Shown in pieces: positions 25,117 to 36,739 of a stretch of DNA of 64,000 nt. The position numbers and the translations under genes are program-made. The notes below the pieces were generated by a model. The model worked only from the letters and a program-made list of their open reading frames with translations. It ran no database searches and was not told the origin of the DNA. This stretch comes from Rhodospirillaceae bacterium (GTDB lineage: Bacteria; Pseudomonadota; Alphaproteobacteria; UBA7985): contig JAYQIC010000001.1 in the NCBI GenBank assembly GCA_038141425.1, forward strand, positions 348,940-412,939, written 5' to 3'. Within the stretch, counting starts at the first letter, position 1, and the number at the start of each line of letters is the position of its first letter.

Positions 25117-27242
25117 ATGATTCTGGGTCTGACGCTGTTCTTCGGCGCCTATGCTTTGGCGATCCCGGCCATAGCGGGCTACATCTGGCTCGCTGTCGCC
25201 TTTGGCCGACGCCGTCTTTACGGGCGTGAATTGACGCTCGAGGACGCCCGTTCAGCCAAGCTCAACCGCTTTGGCCTGCCCAACCTGCCCCGCTTTTACG
25301 GCTTTCTGACCGTGCTTTGGTGGCTGGCCCCGCCGATTCTGGCGCTGCTGGTGTACCGTAGCCTTGGCGTGCCGCTGCTCGAGGGCATGATGGAGCGCGA
25401 GACCCTCGCGCTCATGGGCAAGACCATCGACTACGACCAGCTGCACCAGTTCGCCCGGTCGATGCTGACCACGCTGGGCCCGCTGGGCGACGGCCCTGTA
25501 GCAATGCTGAGCGCGGCGCAGCAGGAAGCCCACCCCGGTCTGCAGGCCTACTTCGAACAGCAGCACGCCACACGCCGGTTCTTCTGGCTCGCGCTGATCG
25601 CTGCCGGGATCGCGCTGTGGCTGAGCGCGCCTCGGCAAACCCCGGGCACGTCAGGGCGGGTGCTGGCCTTTGCGCTGGCGCTGGTGCTGATTTTTGTGGC
25701 GCTGATTTCCGGGTACGGCGCGGCTTCGATCCTCGTACTGCTGGTTATGGCGGTCGTGCTGCTTTCAACCACTCTGCCGGCCAACTTCACCCGCTTGCTT
25801 TTCATGGTCGCCGGCCTGTGGGTGCTGGTGTTCCTGCGGGATCAGACAGAGTGGGGACAGGGCGGCACCATTCTTTCGCTGATCGTGCTCGCGCTTTCGG
25901 TGCTGGTCATGGTGAACCGGGGCGTGCGGCCGCGTCTGGACGACCCCCGGTTCGTCCTGATCGCCAGCGCGGCGCTGCTTGTGCTGCTGCTCACCGTGCT
26001 GACGTGGCTGGGTGCTTATGGCTGGCTGTTCGAGCAGGGCCGCATTCTGCTGTTCGAGATTTCTCGCGGTGAGCTGGGGCTGCAAATCCAGCTGCTCGAC
26101 AACGCCGCCGCCACGCTGCGCACCGGGCAGGTCGCGGATGACCCCGCATTGGCCGCCGCCGCCGAGCGGGTCCGGGACGCGCAGAACCTGCTGCGCACCG
26201 GCTATTTGGTGACGCTGGCTGGCGGGATTGTCTTCGGCATCCTCGGCTCGATGGTATTCATCCGCCGGGGCACGCTGGCGCAGGTCCGCCACGAGCAGGC
26301 CGCCAACGTCGGCATGATCCTGACCTCGGCTGCGGCGATCCTCGTCACCGTCGGGATCGTGATTGCATTGCTCTCCAACGCTGAGCTGTTTTTTAGCAAG
26401 TACCCGATCGAGGACTTCCTGTTCGGTCTGCATTGGTCCAAGGACGCACCGATCCGCGATGACCAGGCCGGGGGCTTCAACCTGGGTGCGGTGCCCGTGT
26501 TCTACGGCACGCTGGTGGTATCGCTGGTGGCGCTGACCGTGGCCCTGCCCATCGGCCTGATGTCGGCGATCTACTTGGCCGAATACGCCGGGCCACGCGT
26601 GCGCGGTGTGTTCAAGCCGATCCTCGAAATCCTCGCCGGTATCCCGACCATCGTATACGGCGTGTTCGCGCTGCGCTCGGGCATCCCCTTCGCCAAGGAC
26701 TTCTTCAACGGGCTGGAATGGCTGTTGGAACTGCGGTTTCTGCCCGCGGCCTTCCACCTCGAATACCTCGCGCTGGACGTGGGCGCGAAGTCAGCCGTGG
26801 TCGCCGGTGCGGTCATGGGGATCATGCTGATCCCGTTCATCTCATCGCTGTCCGATGACGCGCTGAAGGCCGTGCCGCGCTCCCTGCGCGATGGTTCGCT
26901 GGCGCTGGGCGGCAACAAGTCGGAAACGATCCTGCGGGTGCTGATCCCCGCGGCCCTGCCCGACATCATGGGCGGCTTTCTGCTCGCCACCTCCCGCGCC
27001 ATCGGTGAGACCATGATCGTGGTGCTCGCAGCCGGGGGCAGGCCAACCTGACCATCGACATCCTCGACCAGATGACCACCGTGACGGTGCAGATCACCGA
27101 ACTGCTGATCGGTGACGCCGAATTCGATCGCGCCAATACCCTGTCGGTCTTCGGGCTGGGGCTGGTGCTGTTCGTCTCGACCCTCCTGCTCAACCTCGCC
27201 GCGATTCAGGTCGTGCGCCGATGCCGCCAGAGGTACAGCTGA
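25117..27242 (+). CDS. pstC: Phosphate ABC transporter permease PstC (long form), one frameshift near the 3' end
   Basis: 644-aa ORF with a long multi-TM N-terminal extension and a PstC core (LAEYAGPRVRGVFKPILEILAGIPTIVYG, SRAIGETMIVV). After GGGGG 27034-27038 the conserved tail (QANLTIDILDQMTTVTVQITELL...) continues in another frame to the stop at 27240-27242. Confidence 0.85.
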
Positions 27243-28757
27243 TGACGGAGACTGACGCCATGGTCGCAGGCCAAGCCAGTACCAGCCCGCATCTGACCGA
27301 AGCCGCCGCCCGGCGCCGCGCTGCACGCCAGCGCGGGGAACTGATTTTCCGCTCCCTCGGTCTGGCAGCGCTGGGGCTGGCCGCGCTGTTCCTCGTCGCG
27401 CTCATGTATTCGGTGTTCAAGAAGTCCTACAACGGCTTCGTTCAGTCCTTCATCACCCTTGAAATCCCATTGGACGCAGAGATCCTCGACCCCGAAGACC
27501 TCGCCCAGTATCAGGCCTCTGTCGGTATTGCGCCCGAGCTGTGGGCCGCCGAGATCACACCGACCACGCGCGGCGCCAAATCCGCCTCGCGCAAGGTCCA
27601 GCGGACCGCCGCCTACAAGAAGATGGTCGAGGCGATGATCGACCAGAACCACGGAGAGGCCTTCACCGGCTACGACGGCGACCGGGCGCGGAAGAAGGCG
27701 ATTTCCCAGACCGCGGGTATGATCAGCACTGAAACCCTGCTGACCATCCGCGACCGCCTCGTCTCCGGCGAGTATCGGTTGGGGGAGACCGTCACGGTTC
27801 GGGCGCTGGCGGCCGGTGATGCCGACGTGCTGTTCAAGGATATGAAGCGGCAGACCCGCAAGAACCTCGATTCTGAGAACTGGATCCTGCTCAAGGAATC
27901 CATCGACACCAACGGCCTGAGCGGGCTCACAAGCGGGCGCGACAGTGGGCGGGTCAGCATCCGGCCCTATCTCGGTGTCCCCCGGCTTGATCTGCTCGGC
28001 TGGACCATCCTCGAACGCCAGCCCGGCTTCTTTGGCTCGGCATCCTCGACCCAGCCCGAGCGCGCCGGTATCGCAGCCGCGGCACAGGGCACGTTCCTGA
28101 TGCTGATGGTGGTGGTGGTCCTGTCCGGTGCCCGTAGGGGTGCTGGCGGCCGTGTATCTGGAGAAATTTGCGCCGCGCAACCAGTTCACCGATTTCATGG
28201 AAATCAACATCAACAACCTTGCCGCCGTGCCGTCGATCATCTTCGGCATTCTCGGCGCAGCGGTGATTATCCAGTGGCTGTTCCCGGGCTCGCGGGGCTT
28301 CCCCATCGTCGGCGGCACCGTGCTGTCGTTCATGACGCTGCCAACGGTGATCATCGCGGCGCGCGCGGCCATCGGCGCGGTACCGCCAAGCTATGAGCAG
28401 GCGGCGCTGGGTATGGGCGCCTCGCGCCAGCAGGCGGTGTTCCAGCACGTCCTGCCCGCCGCCCTGCCCGGGATCGCCTCCGGCGTCATCATCAGGCTGG
28501 CACAGGCCGCAGGCGAGACTGCGCCGCTGCTGATGGTCGGCATGAACGCCTTCATCAAAGACGTCTGCGAAGCCGGCGCCGGGTGCCTGATGGCCAAGGG
28601 CGTGGGCATGCCGTCACAGATTTACCAGTGGGCAGCTGACGACGACCCGCTGTTCCAGAACAAGACCGCCGCGGGCATCGTCTGCCTGCTCGCGCTGGTC
28701 ATCTCTATGAATGCGCTGGCGACCTTTATCCGCGCGCGCTTCGAGCGATCCAACTGA
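27242..28757 (+). CDS. pstA: Phosphate ABC transporter permease PstA (long form), one frameshift as sequenced
   Basis: ATG 27242 overlaps the pstC stop by one base. ORFs 27221..28396 and 28128..28757 ([12 protein letters not shown]...[13 protein letters not shown]...[13 protein letters not shown]) join at about 28127-28128. Confidence 0.85.
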
Positions 28758-28771
28758 GGGAACCCGCCACC

Positions 28772-29537
28772 ATGTCTCAAACCGACCTCCGCATGCAGGC
28801 CCGGGACGTCAACGTCTTCTACGGGGACGACCACGCGCTCCGGGCGTCTCGCTCGACGTTCCGAACCGGCACGTCACCGCGCTGATCGGCCCGTCGGGCT
28901 GTGGCAAGTCCACCTTCCTGCGCTGCCTCAACCGCATGAACGACACCATCGACATTGCCCGGGTCGAGGGCTCCATCCTGCTCGAGGGCGAGGATATCTA
29001 CGGCGAGGGCATCGACGCCAACCTGCTGCGCCAGCGCGTCGGCATGGTGTTCCAGAAGCCAAACCCGTTCCCGAAGTCGATCTACGACAACGTCGCCTAC
29101 GGCCCGCGCCTGCACGGCATGGCACGCACCACCGAGGAGCTGAACCAAATCGTCGAGGACGCGTTGCGCGCAGCCGGCCTGTGGGAAGAAGTGCACGACC
29201 GACTGGACTCCGAAGCACTGGGTCTCTCGGGTGGTCAGCAGCAGCGCCTGTGCATCGCCCGCGCCATCGCCGTCTCGCCCGAGGTCATTCTGATGGACGA
29301 GCCCTGCTCCGCGCTCGACCCGATCGCCACGAGCATCATCGAGGAGCTGATCCTCGAGCTGGCGCGCGACTACGCCATCGTCATCGTCACCCACAACATG
29401 CAGCAAGCCCAGCGGGTGGCGGGCACAACCGCCTTTTCCACCTCGGCGATCTGGTGGAAGTGCAGCCGACCGACAAACTGTTCAACAAGCCCAAGGACCA
29501 GCGCACGAAGGACTACGTCGCCGGTTCCTTTGGCTAA
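28772..29537 (+). CDS. pstB: Phosphate ABC transporter ATP-binding protein PstB, two frameshifts as sequenced
   Basis: Start ATG 28772 ([23 protein letters not shown]). Shifts at GGG 28842-28844 into the main ORF, which carries Walker [10 protein letters not shown], signature LSGGQQQRL and Walker B ILMDEP. Shifts again at TTTT 29434-29437 into the conserved end ([34 protein letters not shown]). Confidence 0.9.
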
Positions 29538-29597
29538 GCCGGGCCATTCAGTGCTATGCAAGTCAGAACCATGAGCGACAGCTTTGAGGCGCAGCAG

Positions 29598-30305
29598 ATG
29601 CCCTACGCCACTGCCGAGGAATCACCGCTGGTGCTGATCGTCGAAGACGAGGAGGCGATCATCACGTTGCTGGATTATAATCTACGCAACGCGGGCTATC
29701 TGACAGCGATTGCGCGGGATGGTGAAGAGGCGGTCGACCTCGCCCGCTCGCTGGAACCCAACGCGATCCTGCTCGACTGGATGCTGCCGCTGCGCTCCGG
29801 GCTGGAAGTCTGCCGCCACCTGCGCCGGGCACCCGAGACCAGCGAAGTGCCGATCATCATGCTGACCGCGCGCGGCGAGGAGCAGGACAAGCTGCGCGGG
29901 CTGGACATGGGCGCGGATGACTACCTGACCAAGCCGTTCAGCCCGCAGGAACTGCTGGCACGGCTGCGGGCTGTGATCCGCCGGGCGCAGCCTGCGCGCC
30001 TGAAAGAAGTGCTGACCTTTGACACCATCACCATGGACCAGAGCAGCCACCGCGTGACCCGCGGCGACCGACTGGTGGAGCTGGCGCCGACCGAATTCCG
30101 CCTGCTGCGGCACTTCCTGCAGTACCCCGGACGGGTGTTCTCGCGCGAGCAACTGCTGGACGCCGTCTGGGGTCGGGAAAAGGAAATCGAAGCCCGCACG
30201 GTCGACGTTCACATTAGGCGACTCCGCAAAGCTCTTAATGATTCGGACGAGTCGAATGTCATTCGGACTGTTCGTGAAGTGGGTTACGCCCTGGACCGTC
30301 CTTAA
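29598..30305 (+). CDS. phoB: Phosphate regulon response regulator PhoB (alternative upstream ATGs at 29556 and 29571)
   Basis: OmpR-family protein. Receiver domain (LVLIVEDEE...LLDWMLP...TARGEE..K) and winged helix (RTVDVHIRRLRKAL...VRTVREVGYAL). ATG 29598 is the only candidate start with a GAGG Shine-Dalgarno about 8 nt upstream. Confidence 0.9.
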   Translation: MPYATAEESPLVLIVEDEEAIITLLDYNLRNAGYLTAIARDGEEAVDLARSLEPNAILLDWMLPLRSGLEVCRHLRRAPETSEVPIIMLTARGEEQDKLRGLDMGADDYLTKPFSPQELLARLRAVIRRAQPARLKEVLTFDTITMDQSSHRVTRGDRLVELAPTEFRLLRHFLQYPGRVFSREQLLDAVWGREKEIEARTVDVHIRRLRKALNDSDESNVIRTVREVGYALDRP

Positions 30306-30575
30306 TTCAACCTAATAATCTCGCCTTATTTTAGTTCCACTTCAGGGCCTGCTATTCTTCGTGTCCTGAAAACAACAATTCTTTTGCTGACCCCCGTGCT
30401 CCGAGATGTGAAGACTGGGGCAATTGACTCGACCGCATGCGGGCGGGTTTAACCATTGCAGATAACGAGATCAGGCGAAAATTGACATCTCAAGGGTGTG
30501 CAGCGCGCACTTTGCAGACGGCCAAGCGTCCGAAATGGTCTCGACATAAACGCAGACAGGCAAGGTTTTCAGGTG

Positions 30576-31710
30576 ATGATCCCTTACATGAGAAAATCCG
30601 CTCTGGTGGGCTTGGTGGCGCTGGCAGTAACCGGCTGTCAGGCGGTTACCGACGAGAATCTCGGTACCACAATGACCACAACGAGCAGCGGCGGCGCGCT
30701 GGATGCTTCCACGACGTGACGACCACGTCGTCTGAGTTCGGCAGCAGCGGCTTCTCCGGTGGCTCGATCCAGAATGCGTCCTTCGCGCAGAGCTTCACGG
30801 CGAGCAGCAGCGCGGCCTTTGCCTCGCAGGGGATGGCCGATGGGCCTTCCCGCCCAACCCGCTGCCCGGTGAGTGTTACGCCCGGATCGCGCTGGCAGCC
30901 GTAAGCCAGACGGTCGAAGAACAGATCATGGTCGAACCAGCGCGGCAGGAAGTCCGCATCATCCCCGCGCAGTTCGGTGATGTGCAGGAAGAGGTGATCG
31001 TCCGCGAAGCCACCACCGAGCTGGTGTCGGTGCCCGCGACCTTTATCACCGTGCAGGAAGAAATCGTGGTTCGCCCGGCTGCGCGCCGCCTGATCCCGAT
31101 CGATCCGGTCTACGACACGGTGATCGAGGAAGTGGTGGTCGTGCCTGAGCGCACCGTATGGAAGCCGGGCACCGGTCCGATCCAGAAGATCGACGAAGCC
31201 ACGGGCGAGATCCTGTGTCTGGTCACCGAACCTGCGGTCACCAAGCAGGTTGAGCGCACCGTGATGATCCAGCCCGCATCCACGCGAGAAGAGATCATTC
31301 CGGCAATCACCGAAATCGTGCAGCGCGAGGTCGTCGACCAGCCTGCACGGATCGAAGAGCGCGTGATCCCGGCTGAGACCACCTTTGTCACCCGCCGGGT
31401 GGAAGTGGTCCCGGCGCGGAGGAAATCATCGAAATCCCGCCGGTGTTCGACACCATCACCCGTGAGGTGGTGGTCGAGCCAGCGCGGACCGAGTGGCGCT
31501 CGATCCTGTGTGAAACCAACACCACGCCCGATATCGTCAGCCGTATTCAGGTCGCGCTGCAGCGGGCAGGGTACTACAACGGCCCGATCGACGGCATCTT
31601 CGGCCCGCAGTCGCAGCGGGCGATCGACGGTTTCCAGCGTGACAACGGCCAGGTCGGCACCGGGCGTGACCATGGATACACTGAGCCTGCTGGGTGTGAC
31701 GCTGTTCTGA
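30576..31710 (+). CDS. Lipoprotein with internal repeats and a C-terminal peptidoglycan-binding domain, about four frameshifts as sequenced
   Basis: Lipobox LVALAVTGC. PNPLPGECYARI motif. Repeated units of the type (I/V)P(A)xFxxVxEE(I/V)VVxPA. C-terminal PG_binding_1-like IQVALQRAGYYNGPIDGIFGPQSQRAIDGFQRDNG. Pieces lie in ORFs 30498..30719, 30437..30904, 30928..31710 and 31443..31853, with junctions at about 30714, 30842-30844, 31418-31419 and 31662-31664. Confidence 0.6.
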
Positions 31711-31743
31711 TCAGCATCTTCATCGGCATCTGCAGGTGTCATG

Positions 31744-31788
31744 AAAAAAGGGGCAGCGACCGGTTCAGGTCACTGCCCCTCTTTCGTT
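31744..31788. terminator. Bidirectional rho-independent terminator
   Basis: GGGGCAGCGACC-ggttca-GGTCACTGCCCC (12-bp stem, one mismatch), preceded by AAAAAA and followed by TCTTTCGTT. Lies between convergent genes. Confidence 0.6.
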
Positions 31789-31853
31789 GTGGTTCGCTGG
31801 GGTTTGGTTCAGGGGCCTCGCCAGCGCGAGCGCCCTTCCAGCCTTTTCGATGA

Positions 31854-32513
31854 TCAGCCGCCGCTCTGCGGGGTCAGCACGATTTCCACGCGGCGGTTCT
31901 GGGCGCGACCGTATTCGGTATCGTTCGCGGCGATGGGGTAGTTCTCACCGAAGCCGATGGCCGACATCCGGGCCGGGGATACGCCCTGCCCACGAGGAAG
32001 TTTCTGACCGCCCCGGCGCGCTGCACCGAAAGCCCCTGATTGTAGGCTTCGCTGCCGACGCTGTCGGTGTGACCCGCGATTTGTACCACCGTCTCGGGGT
32101 AGTTGATCATCACGTCAGAGACGTTGGTCAGGATGCCGTAGAACGACGGCTTGATCGCGGAGCTGTCGAAGTCGAAGGTGATTTCCGACGGCATCACGAG
32201 GCGCAGGTCGTCGCCCTGACGCTCGATTTCGACACCGGTGCCCTCGAGCGCGGTGCGCAGCTCGCGTTCCTGATAGTCCATGTAGGCACCAACGCCGGCA
32301 CCAACAACACCGCCCGCCAGCGCGCCGCGGAGCGTTGCGACCCCGGTTGCCCTCTTCAGCGGTCACGGCGCCGACCAGCCCACCGACGGCCGCACCAATG
32401 GCACCGCCGCCACCGGCGTTGGTCAGCGTTGTCTGACCCGTGGAGGGGTCGGTCGCAACACAGCCGGTCAGGAGGAAGGCCAGGCCTGCGGTGCTCAGTA
32501 GAATCTTTTTCAT
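31854..32513 (-). CDS. OmpA-family lipoprotein (PG-associated), two frameshifts as sequenced
   Basis: Lipobox LAFLLTGC, then a Gly-rich segment, then an OmpA C-like domain (ITFDFDSSAIKP...QIAGHTDSVGSEAYNQGLSVQRA...NRRVEIVLTPQSGG*). Junctions at CCC 31989-31991 and GG 32329-32330. Confidence 0.8.
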
Positions 32514-32763
32514 GCTCGGAATCTCCAGCTCAAGTTTGGCGCCCGCTCTGCTAGCCGGTTCAGCAGCCCCCTGCTGTTCCTACGAACGCCGTGGTTATCA
32601 GCCCCCAATTTGGTCTCTATACCGCTTCAAGTCTGTACGACTTCAGCGGCAAACGGTAAGAACCGGTAAAGTTTTGTTTCAGCTTGTAACAAAACCGGCG
32701 ATTCCGGCTAATCCGGGGCAGAATTATGCCCACCTGAGACCCTACCCTTCACCCAGAGCCCCC

Positions 32764-34549
32764 ATGTCCACACCCACGCCGCTGCTGCCTCTCCGATATT
32801 GTTCTGCGCCACTCGGACAAGACCCTGTTCGCCGGGGTGACGCTGAGCCTGTTCGCCCGCGACCGGATCTGTCTGGTCGGGCGCAACGGGACCGGCAAGT
32901 CGACGCTGCTGCGGATTCTGGGCGGCGAGGTTGATTTCGACAGCGGCGAGCGATTTCAGCAGCCGGGGACACGGGTCGGTATTCTTCCACAGGAACCTGA
33001 CCTCAGCCCCTATGACGACGTGCTCGCCTACGCCGCCAGCAACGGCGCCCCACCCCACCGCGCGCGCATGTTCATCGAGAGCCTCGGGCTGAGCGCGGAG
33101 CAGGCGACCGCAGGGCTTTCGGGCGGGGAACAGCGGCGCGCGGCGCTGGCCAAGGCGTTGGCCGAGGAGCCGGACGTGCTGCTGCTGGATGAGCCGACCA
33201 ACCATCTGGACATCGACACCATAGAATGGCTGGAGGGCGAGATCGCCCGCTACGAAGGGGCGGTGCTGACCATCAGCCACGACCGCCGCTTTCTGGAAAC
33301 CGTGACCGATCAGGTCGCCTGGCTCGACCGGGGCCGCGTCGCGCATCTGGCGAAGAACTACCGGCACTTCGACGCGTGGTCAGAAAAGCTGCTGGAAGAC
33401 GAAGCCCGTGAGCAGGCCAAGCTCGACAAGCTGATCGCCGAGGAAACCCAGTGGTCGCGCGAAGGCATCTCCGCCCGCCGTACCCGCAATATGGGCCGGA
33501 TGCGACGGTTGGAGAGCCTGCGCCAAGAACGTCGTTCCATGGTCGCCCGACCGGGGCAGGTACAGCTGGACAGCGCGTCGAGCGGCACGTCCGGCAAGCG
33601 TGTGATCGAGGCCGAGGGCATCGCCAAGACCTACGAGGGGAGGCAGATCATCGCGCCGTTCTCGACCCGCATTCTGCGCGGTGACCGGGTCGGCATCATC
33701 GGCCCCAATGGCGCTGGCAAATCCACGCTGATCAAAATGCTGCTGGGCAGCGTCGACCCCGATCAGGGCAGCGTCAGCCGGGGTACCAATCTGGAACCGC
33801 TGGTGCTCGACCAGATGCGGACCAGCCTGCGCCCCGGCACGACGGTCTGGGATTATCTGGCGGACGTCGGCGGCGACCAGATCATGGTGCGCGGCCATCC
33901 CCGGCACGTGGTCTCCTACATGCGTGATTTTCTGTTCAGCGAGCGTGTAGCACGGGCGCCGGTTGACTCGCTGTCGGGGGGTGAGCGCAACCGCCTGACG
34001 CTGGCCAAGGGCCTCGCCAACCCCAGCAACCTGCTGGTGCTCGACGAACCGACCAACGATCTTGATCTGGAGACCCTCGACCTGCTGCAGGAGGTGATCG
34101 CCGACTACGAAGGCACAGTGCTGCTGGTCAGCCACGACCGTGACTTCATCGACCGGCTGGTGACGTCGACCATCCTGCTCGACGGGATGGGTGGGGTGTT
34201 CGAGTACCCGGGCGGCTACACCGACGCCCGCCAGCAGCACCAGACCCGGCTCAAGCAACAGACCCCCGACGCCCGGCCCAAGGCCCGCAAAGAGCCGGAA
34301 AGGAAAAAGGCAAATTCCAAAAGCAAACTGACCTACGCGGAGAAAATCCGGCTGGAAAAGCTGCCTGCGGAGATGGAAGCGCTCGAAGCCGATATCGCCA
34401 AGGGCGAAAGCCTGCTGACCGATCCCGACCTCTACAGCCGCGACCCGGACAAATTCAACCGGATCACGACCAAACTCGGTGAACTGCGCGACCGGCTCGA
34501 AGCGGCGGAGATGGAATGGCTGGAGTTGGAGGAAAAGGCCGAGGGATAG
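32764..34549 (+). CDS. ABC-F family ATPase (Uup-like), one frameshift near the 5' end
   Basis: ATG 32764 (MSTPTPLL) shifts at about 32788 into the 570-aa ORF. Two ABC cassettes: GRNGTGKST/LSGGEQRR/LLLDEPTNHLD and GPNGAGKST/LSGGERNR/LVLDEPTNDLD. Lys/Glu-rich C-terminal coiled coil. Confidence 0.85.
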
Positions 34550-34739
34550 CACCCGGCGCATCGCCGCTGCTGCGTCCATGCGGTCGGCGGTGCTCAGCTC
34601 CCCCACGTGAAGGGCCTTGGGCCAAGCCGCCGATATGCTCTATACGCGGGCAACGCGTTCAACACGCTCACCCCGTTTAATCCCTACCCCGTCCCTCGTT
34701 CCCCCGGTTCCTCGTATTCAAGGTTAAAGCGGACAGACC

Positions 34740-36349
34740 ATGGCTGTGCTGCAGGATGAAGTCGCCAGACGGCGGACCTTCGCGATCATTTCTCACCCGG
34801 ATGCGGGCAAGACCACGCTGACCGAAAAGCTGCTGCTGTTCGGCGGCGCGATCCAGCTCGCCGGTGCAGTCAAGGCCAAGGGCGACGCGCGCCGGAATGC
34901 GACCTCTGACTGGATGAAGGTGGAGCGCGAGCGCGGGATTTCTGTCACCTCGTCGGTGATGACCTACGACTACGCAGGCTGCACCTTCAACCTGCTCGAC
35001 ACGCCCGGTCACGGGGACTTTTCCGAAGACACCTACCGCACGCTGACAGCCGTCGATTCCGCCGTCATGGTCATCGACGCCGCCAAGGGTATCGAGGCCC
35101 AGACCCTGAAGCTGTTCGAAGTCTGCCGCCTGCGCGACGTGCCGATCATGACCTTCGTCAACAAGATGGACCGCGAAGCCCGCGAGACCTTCGAGATTCT
35201 CGACGAAATCGAGCAGACGCTGGCGCTGGACGTGTCTCCGGCGTCATGGCCCATCGGCATGGGGCGGCAGTTCAAGGGCTGTTACGACCTGATCAACGAC
35301 CAGTTCATCCCGCTGCACAACGACGCCAAGGGCGAACCCCCCCGCGACGGCCTGAAGGTCGCGGGGGTCGATGATCCGGCGCTGCAGGACGTGCTCGACA
35401 GCGCGGAGATCGACGCGCTGGAAGAGGGCGCGAGCATGGCCACCGAGCTGTGTCCGCCCTTTGACCTGCAGGCTTACCGCGAAGGCACGCTGACGCCGGT
35501 GTATTTCGGCTCTGCGCTCAACAATTTCGGGGTGCGGGAACTGCTCAACGGGCTGGCGGCCTCGGCCCCCTCTCCCCGGCCGCAGGCAGCGGTTATCGGC
35601 GACGATGCAACGGAAATCGCGCCTGAGGCCAAGAAGGTCAGCGGCTTTGTGTTCAAGATTCAGGCTAAAATGGACCCCAAGCACCGCGACCGGATCGCCT
35701 TCATGCGGCTGGCCAGCGGCCACTTCAAGAAAGGCATGAAGCTAAGCCACCTGCGCTCAGGCAAGCAGCTGACCGTGCACAACCCGCAGCTGTTCCTCGC
35801 GCAGGACCGCGCAACCGCCGAAGAAGCCTACGCCGGCGATATCATCGGCATCCCCAACCACGGCAACCTGCGCATCGGCGACGCCCTGACCGAGGGCGAG
35901 AACATCGCCTTCACCGGCATCCCATCGTTCGCGCCAGAGCTGCTGCAATCGGTTCGTCCGACCGATCCGATGAAGGCCAAGCATCTTGGAAAGGCGCTGT
36001 TCCAGCTCGCCGAAGAAGGCGCGGCCCGGGTGTTCAAGCGGGTGATTGGCTCTGACTGGATCGTCGGCGTGGTCGGCGCGCTGCAGTTCGAAGTGCTCGC
36101 CGATCGCATCCGGACAGAATACGAAATCCCGGTGACCTTCGAGCAGGTCAACCTGATGACCGCCCGCTGGTTGCAGGCCGAAGACCCGGCCCTGCTCAAG
36201 AAAATTGTCGAGGAAAACCGCGGCGACATCGCCGAGGACCACAACGAGATCCGGTATTTCTTGCCCGCAACGCCTGGCACCTCGACCGGGCGCAGGACGA
36301 CTACAAAGGCGTGTCGTTCCTCAAGACCATCGAGCAGGTCGGGGCGTGA
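34740..36349 (+). CDS. prfC: Peptide chain release factor 3, one frameshift near the 3' end
   Basis: GTPase motifs AIISHPDAGKTT, DTPGHGDF and NKMD. After about 36248 the conserved end (DPVFLARNAWHLDRAQDDYKGVSFLKTIEQVGA*) reads in another frame, with the stop at 36347-36349. Confidence 0.9.
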
Positions 36350-36390
36350 GCCAGCCACGCAGCGCTGACTTCGGCGGCCTGCCGGTGGAA

Positions 36391-36725
36391 ATGGCCATCG
36401 GCGCCGCCCAGCGCCTGCATACGGCGGACAGTCTCGGGTTCTACGTCCGCCATCGGGGAGACTCTGAGCGCGGTCTCTAACCCTGTATTTCGAAGACGAT
36501 GAATGCCTGCTGGTGCAAGAGCGGAACTTCGATACCGGCCGCCTCGTCTGGCGGGAACAGGCACTGCTGAAAGCCGATAGTTCTGAGTACTTTAGCCGCC
36601 AGATCGATCGTGATCCCGATGGCTGGATCATCGAATTGGACGGCGTTTCGGAAAAAATCCATTTGAGCGCTTGGGCTGAGGCGCCCCAGCCGTTACATTT
36701 TAGTGACCCCTTTGCTGCTGTTTGA
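36391..36725 (+). CDS. Hypothetical small protein (possibly one frameshift; alternatively only 36513..36725)
   Basis: ORF 36513..36725 (70 aa) remains open upstream to 36468. An ATG-initiated frame (36391, MAIGAAQRLHTADSLGFYVRHRG) ends at 36480. One extra G at about 36472 would join them into about 111 aa. No family recognised. Confidence 0.3.
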
Positions 36726-36739
36726 GGATCGCTGAGACC

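Noticed and set aside
28711-28771. The longer N-terminus of pstB suggested by the ORF track (start 28711).
   Set aside because: That frame overlaps the pstA 3' end and gives non-homologous sequence. The conserved PstB N-terminus ([18 protein letters not shown]) starts at ATG 28772 in another frame and joins at 28842-28844.
34740-36368. Possible programmed frameshift in a release-factor gene.
   Set aside because: Programmed +1 frameshifting is known for prfB (RF2), not prfC. The break near 36248 has no UGA-shifty context and resembles the other random single-base indels in the window.
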